Shown here: positions 59,451-64,000 of the stretch, piece by piece
Position numbering within the stretch: position 1 is the stretch's first letter
Layout of the letters: every line of letters begins with the position of its first letter
Source of the DNA: an uncultured Rickettsiales bacterium
GTDB taxonomy: Bacteria > Pseudomonadota > Alphaproteobacteria > Rickettsiales > UBA1997
Reading direction: 5' to 3'
NCBI GenBank assembly: GCA_944391025.1
Contig: CALXSC010000110.1
Coordinates: 74,627 to 138,626 of the forward strand
DNA length: 64,000 nt
Position numbers and translations under genes: made by a program
The notes under the pieces: model-generated
Databases searched by the model: none
What the model was told of the DNA's origin: nothing
Seen by the model: only the letters and a program-made list of their open reading frames with translations

Positions 59451-60578
59451 TTAAACGTTAGCAACTGTGAAACGTAATTGTAATGCCCCACTAAGTGCAC
59501 CTGTAGTAGTCAACTTAGTATAAGCTACCTGAGCATCTTGAATAGTCTTATTTCCAGCAGCAGATGTGGTATACCCACTAAAGCCTTCCCATTTACCTGA
59601 TACTGTATTCATAAATTCTACTTTTGTTACTTTCTTTGTAGAGGGGAATTCAAATACCAATCTAGTTCCAGTAGCAGCTTCAGAAGCAAACTTAGCTCCA
59701 ACTAAGGTGTCAGTCCATTTCTACAACGGAAGTTTAGTATTTGCAGTTACTGCCGAAGGAAGACTACCATCTTGATTCTAACTTGAAGCAGTAGCTCCAT
59801 TGCAGAAGTAAGGATAAGTACCATAAATAGTTACAGCTCCAGAATTAATAGTACCTGCAGTAAGGGGATTAGGGGATATACTAGCCTTATTGCCCTTAGA
59901 AGTTACAAGAAGATCACCCTATTCATAGGCAGCTTGATAATTATACTGCATAGGTCCTAATACGATCTTTTCCGGCAATGTTTTATTAGTGGTAGCACCT
60001 CCATAATAAATAAAGCTTTCTCCAGCTTTCAGAGCACCAGCTCTATTCTGATTAGGCTTACCAGGGCACGTTACAGTACCTCTATTAAAGCCAGTTGTAA
60101 AGTTAGTAGCTGCAGCAGGAGCAACAGCACCTACTTCATAAATACCATTTGCAGAGAATCCACTCTTTAAAGAAATAGAAGCAGAAGGATTCCCTACAGT
60201 AGGCTATACTTCAGGGAAAAGTAAATCATCCAATACCTAAGAAACAGTCTTAGCTTTAAGAGATTCGGCAGTAGTACCCTTAGCAATACCACCAATAGCA
60301 TTCGGAACTGTCAAGTCATCAGGCATAGCGGATTCATATTTTTTTAATTGATTTAAATCGTGAATAACTTCTTCCGTATCATCAGAATACTGAACAGTTA
60401 ACTGTCCATTTGAATACGTTACATCTTTTACTAATTTGTAAAGAGATTCATTAAAACCATAGACCTAATCTTCTACGATAATAACTCCTTCATCTGTCGC
60501 AAAATAAATAATACCTACTTTAGAATCAAGAGTATCGTATTTTTCTCTTAGACCCTTATAAAATTGCACTTTCGCCAT
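59451..60578 (-). CDS. tail fibre/receptor-binding protein (375 aa)
   Basis: ATG 60576-60578. TAA at 59451-59453 is the stop of track ORF 59451..59660. The N-terminus is MAKVQFYKGLREKYDTLDSKVGIIYFATDEGVIIVEDQVY. Confidence 0.55.
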
Positions 60579-60579
60579 A

Positions 60580-61494
60580 TTAAACGTTTATCCAATTTAA
60601 TGATTGATTAAATTCATCTAAACTAACTGAAGAAATAATCTCATTATTTCTATTCTTCAAATCTAAAAAAGAGTCCCTAATCTCAATAGAAAAACCAGCT
60701 TTATCTACTTCATCAATAACCTATTCTAAAGTAGAACCTGAACCATATCTATTTCCGTTAAAGTAAATATAAGGCTAATTAGTAATAATATAAAGTGTAC
60801 TAGGTTCTGGTTCTTGTAACAGCTAATACTATTCATAGGAAATAGAATCGATCTTTAAATACTTGCCAGTGTTTCCAATAGGAATTCTACCCGCTAACTA
60901 ATCTCCTTCTCTAATGATCTGTACTCCAGAATTAGTTGTTGAAGAAAGTTTAATTTCAGCATAGATTCCATTTCTAGTAGTCTTTAATTGTACAGGAGAT
61001 AGATAATTATTAGAACTATCTATTTTAACACTAGCCTAGATAATATTATCTATAATATTAGTTTCAATAGTATCAGAATCAATAGCAGATAAAATTATAT
61101 TTCTTAAATCTACTACAAATTCTTCCCCTGTATTTAATATTAAAGACAGTACTTGTGTTCCTAAAGGATAAGGAGAACCCTATTCTATATCCTCCTAAGT
61201 AATAGTTCTATAAGTAAAAGATTCAATATTAACTGATTTAGGAATTTGTACAGAGGTTAATACAGAACCTGTATTACTATATCCTACAAGTTCATACATA
61301 CTCTAATCAGCAGGATCGTCTCTTAACTATAAAGAACTAATACCAGGAGCAGTGTTTATAAAGTTAGTTAGAGCTTTTTCTGTTAGAATAACATCATCCT
61401 ACGGAGTAGTTGAAGGCGTTTCAGATACCCTATAATTTCCGTAATTTATCCATAAGTAGTCTAACTAACTCATGCCAGAAGGACGGTTACTCAT
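60580..61494 (-). CDS. hypothetical tail protein (304 aa)
   Basis: ATG 61492-61494 overlaps the upstream TGA (ATGA). TAA is at 60580-60582, one nt before the next ATG. It has about 14 in-frame TAG. Confidence 0.5.
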
Positions 61495-62315
61495 TCAATT
61501 GTACTCCAACTAATTAAAGCTGACACATCTGGGAGTTGTTCCTTAGGAACTTTACCCTCCACGAGATCAGCTTTATTTTGTAAAACTGTATTAAGAGCTT
61601 GCCCGTTATGAGTAATCTTTTCAGAAGTGCCTTTTACGATCAAAGCGTTACCAGATTCTTCAAGAATGTTTGTAGAATCTTCAGCAATATTCACATTACC
61701 TTTAATTGCATATCCGTTCTAAACTTGAGATATAGCAAAATTAACTGTACCTGAATTATTAGCTTCAATTGTAACTCCTAATATTAAATCCTATAAAGCA
61801 TTAGCCATTTCTGTAAGGCTAGAATAAGGTAAAGTTTTTAAATAAGAAACAATATCATCCTAATCAGTACCTACTATTGCTTTTAAATCAGATTCATTTT
61901 TAGCATGAAGATCTTTAATATCTTCAACCTCATTAGCTAAATCATAAAGGCTGTTTAAATCGGAAGGAATCACATCATAATCGGAAGTCCCTATAATAAT
62001 CTAATTCCAATTCTATCTATCTTGTATTTCCTAATTGACTTTCTCTATTAATTCATCTAAAGTATCTATAGAAGAATCTTGTAATAATTTTACAAATTCT
62101 AATTTACCTTCATTTTGAACAACCCAATATAGTGCCTATTTACCATCACCTCCATTTTCTACTACCTTAAGTAAACCTTGGTGAAGGGTAGTAGCATTAA
62201 TTGGGTCATTATAAAATTGCGTTAGGTCTTCTACAGTCGGAAAGATATAATCCGATTCTATCGGATAATTTCCTAACCTTTTAAAAGAACCTATTATTTC
62301 ACTATATTGACTCAT
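61491..62315 (-). CDS. hypothetical tail protein (274 aa)
   Basis: ATG at 62315 lies 207 codons upstream of the start of track ORF 61491..61694. TGA is at 61491-61493. Product begins MSQYSEIIGSFKRLGNYPIESDYIFPTVEDL.... Confidence 0.55.
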
Positions 62316-64000
62316 TCTTTATTAAAATTAAATGTAATTTCTTGATTTAAACTCGATAAAGCCTATCTATAAATATAAATAGTAAATATTACACCATTCT
62401 CAATTCCTTCTACCTAAAGCGGGATCTGATCAATTACTTCAAAAGCATCTATCCCAAAACTCTAAGTTTGTGTAGTCATAGAATATAAAGCAGGATAAGT
62501 CTAAGGAACTACAACAAAAGGTTGTCTTAATTCTGGATCTTCAAACTAATATTTAAATGTAATAGTAGTTAAATTATCTCCATACTTTAAGAATCGATTC
62601 TACGTACCATTAACATCTTCTATTTCCAATTCTTTGAGATAATCCATTGTAATTGTAGCTCCAGGTTTCCATTTAGGTAATAATCCTACAAATACTGGAA
62701 GATAACATTTAACTGTAGAAGAAACCTAATGTGTAGCATCATTAGTGTAATAAACTTTAAAAATAAATTCGGTATCTTCAGAAATAGGTAAACTATCTAT
62801 AGTAACACATCCATCTTCAAAGTTATCTTTTTCTAATACTTCTATTACTTCTCCATTCTAATATAATTCGGCATAATTTAATAAAGCAAGGGAACCATGA
62901 ATACATAAAGTAACAGGCAATGTATTACCTATCGTTACATAATCTGGATGAGTAATACTGATAGTTTTACCATAAAATATAGAATCACAAACTTCTTGGA
63001 AAGTCATAGTTTCAGGAACTTCTGAATTATCTTCCATATGTCCTACTGTAGATTCAATAGGACCTGAAGTGTGCCATACTAAATTAGCTTCTGATGTATC
63101 AGTGGCATTTAATAATTGTCTATATGTAACTAACTAATCTTCTGAAATAGCATCTATCCCAGAAATAGGAGCTTCAAAAGCAACTGTACCATCAGCTTTT
63201 ACATAATTAGATCTTTCAATAGTATCTAAAGTATTATTAATAGGATCAATGTAATCATGAATATTACTATCAATAGAACTATTTACTAGATTATTTACTA
63301 CTGAATCTACCTAAGATCTAGAATAAGTTTGTGATTTAGTATAAGTATCGTCTTTCTTAGCATAAGAAGAAAGTCTAGAATCTAAGATACTTATAAAATT
63401 ATGAGGATCAGGTTCAAGTAAGTGAACCTCTAATAAATTATCTGCATATCTCTTAGTCACTAAATGACTGCTAGTAGTAGGATCTACACCAAGCTGAGGT
63501 TTAGTAAAAGGAACTGAACCATCAGACTTAACGTAATTTTTAAGATTAGAATTAATTTCTGCTTTAGTATATAATTGTGATTTTAAATAAGTATCACTTA
63601 ATTTCATATACTAATTGAATTTATTATCTATATCTACTAAACTCTACTCTAATGCAGTATCCTTTTGATTTAGTGAAGTAATCTAGCCATCTACATATTT
63701 TTTAGTAGCTAGATCGTTATCTTCTGTAGGGATCTAGCCTTTCTATCTAGCAATAAACGGAGTAGAACCGTCAGTCTTTACGTAATCGTTTAAGATAGCA
63801 GTTAGCTATGCTCTGAGTGCAGCTGTATTTTTAGCTAGTTCTACTGCAACTGTACTTGAAATTTGACTTTGAGTTTCAGCTTTAGTATAATAATCATTAA
63901 GAAGAGTATCTAACTCTTCGTTACCTACAGCATCTAGATTATACCTAGCTTGCTATTTACTTAATTCATCATCAAATTCACTTAAACGATTAGCTGCTCT
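62312..64000 (-). CDS. large tail fibre protein, N-terminus beyond window end
   Basis: The frame is open from 64000 to TGA at 62312-62314 (ATGA overlap) and includes track ORF 63311..63607. It has repeated ..Y[VY]K.DGS.PF......L[AV]TK[KR]Y[VA]D fibre-type motifs. Confidence 0.6.

Noticed and set aside
596-59775. All plus-strand ORFs in the track (e.g. 596..793, 9730..9960, 22405..22710, 39188..39610, 49198..49458)
   Set aside because: They are low-complexity, Ser/Leu/Ile/Phe-rich antisense shadows of minus-strand genes. Several start at TTG. None has a recognisable motif or its own signals. Each lies entirely inside a long minus-strand reading frame.
1-64000. Reading the shredded ORF pattern as a decayed, pseudogenised prophage
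   Set aside because: The interrupting stops are almost exclusively TAG. The same frame continues for kilobases without TAA or TGA. Gene ends use TAA/TGA with coupled starts. Random decay would give all three stops plus frameshifts.
1-64000. TGA or TAA reassignment in addition to TAG
   Set aside because: TGA and TAA appear exactly at gene ends (e.g. 23096, 25632, 36610, 50062, 61491, 62312 for TGA). They are followed by new starts. I did not meet them inside the frames I translated.
1-64000. tRNA (including the expected suppressor tRNA), rRNA or CRISPR elements
   Set aside because: I found no cloverleaf-like GTTCGAATC/T-loop signatures or repeat-spacer arrays in either strand. Intergenic space is almost nil. 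The suppressor tRNA, if any, must lie elsewhere in the genome.

Overview
This is an AT-rich 64-kb block. Essentially all real coding is on the minus strand, and it cannot be read in the standard code. The six-frame track is shredded because TAG is used as a sense codon, most likely Gln (a table-15-like recoding); genes end in TAA or TGA. Read that way, the window is one contiguous late/structural region of a crAss-like (Crassvirales-type) phage. In minus-strand order it contains: (1) a tail-fibre cluster (64.0-53.9 kb); (2) small membrane and lysis-type genes with an Amidase_3 endolysin (53.8-50.1 kb); (3) a scaffold-like gene; (4) the major capsid protein gene (48.4-42.2 kb); (5) head/tail completion genes; (6) two tail proteins of about 1,750 and 1,890 aa; (7) putative ejected/cargo proteins; and (8) two giant ORFs of about 2,992 aa and more than 2,470 aa. 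The last giant ORF carries the DFDID double-psi-beta-barrel signature of virion RNA polymerases. The other carries an SF1-helicase-like ATPase core. The stand-out feature is the capsid gene. About 1.5 kb of coding sequence is split into nine exons, two of them only 47 and 71 nt, by eight related group I introns with canonical P/Q/R/S cores. Three introns carry GIY-YIG homing-endonuclease ORFs, so about 76% of the locus is intron. I found no tRNA, rRNA or CRISPR, and no credible plus-strand gene. Coordinates were cross-checked against ORF-track anchors and reading-frame arithmetic. Functional calls rest on motifs I recognised by eye, not on searches.
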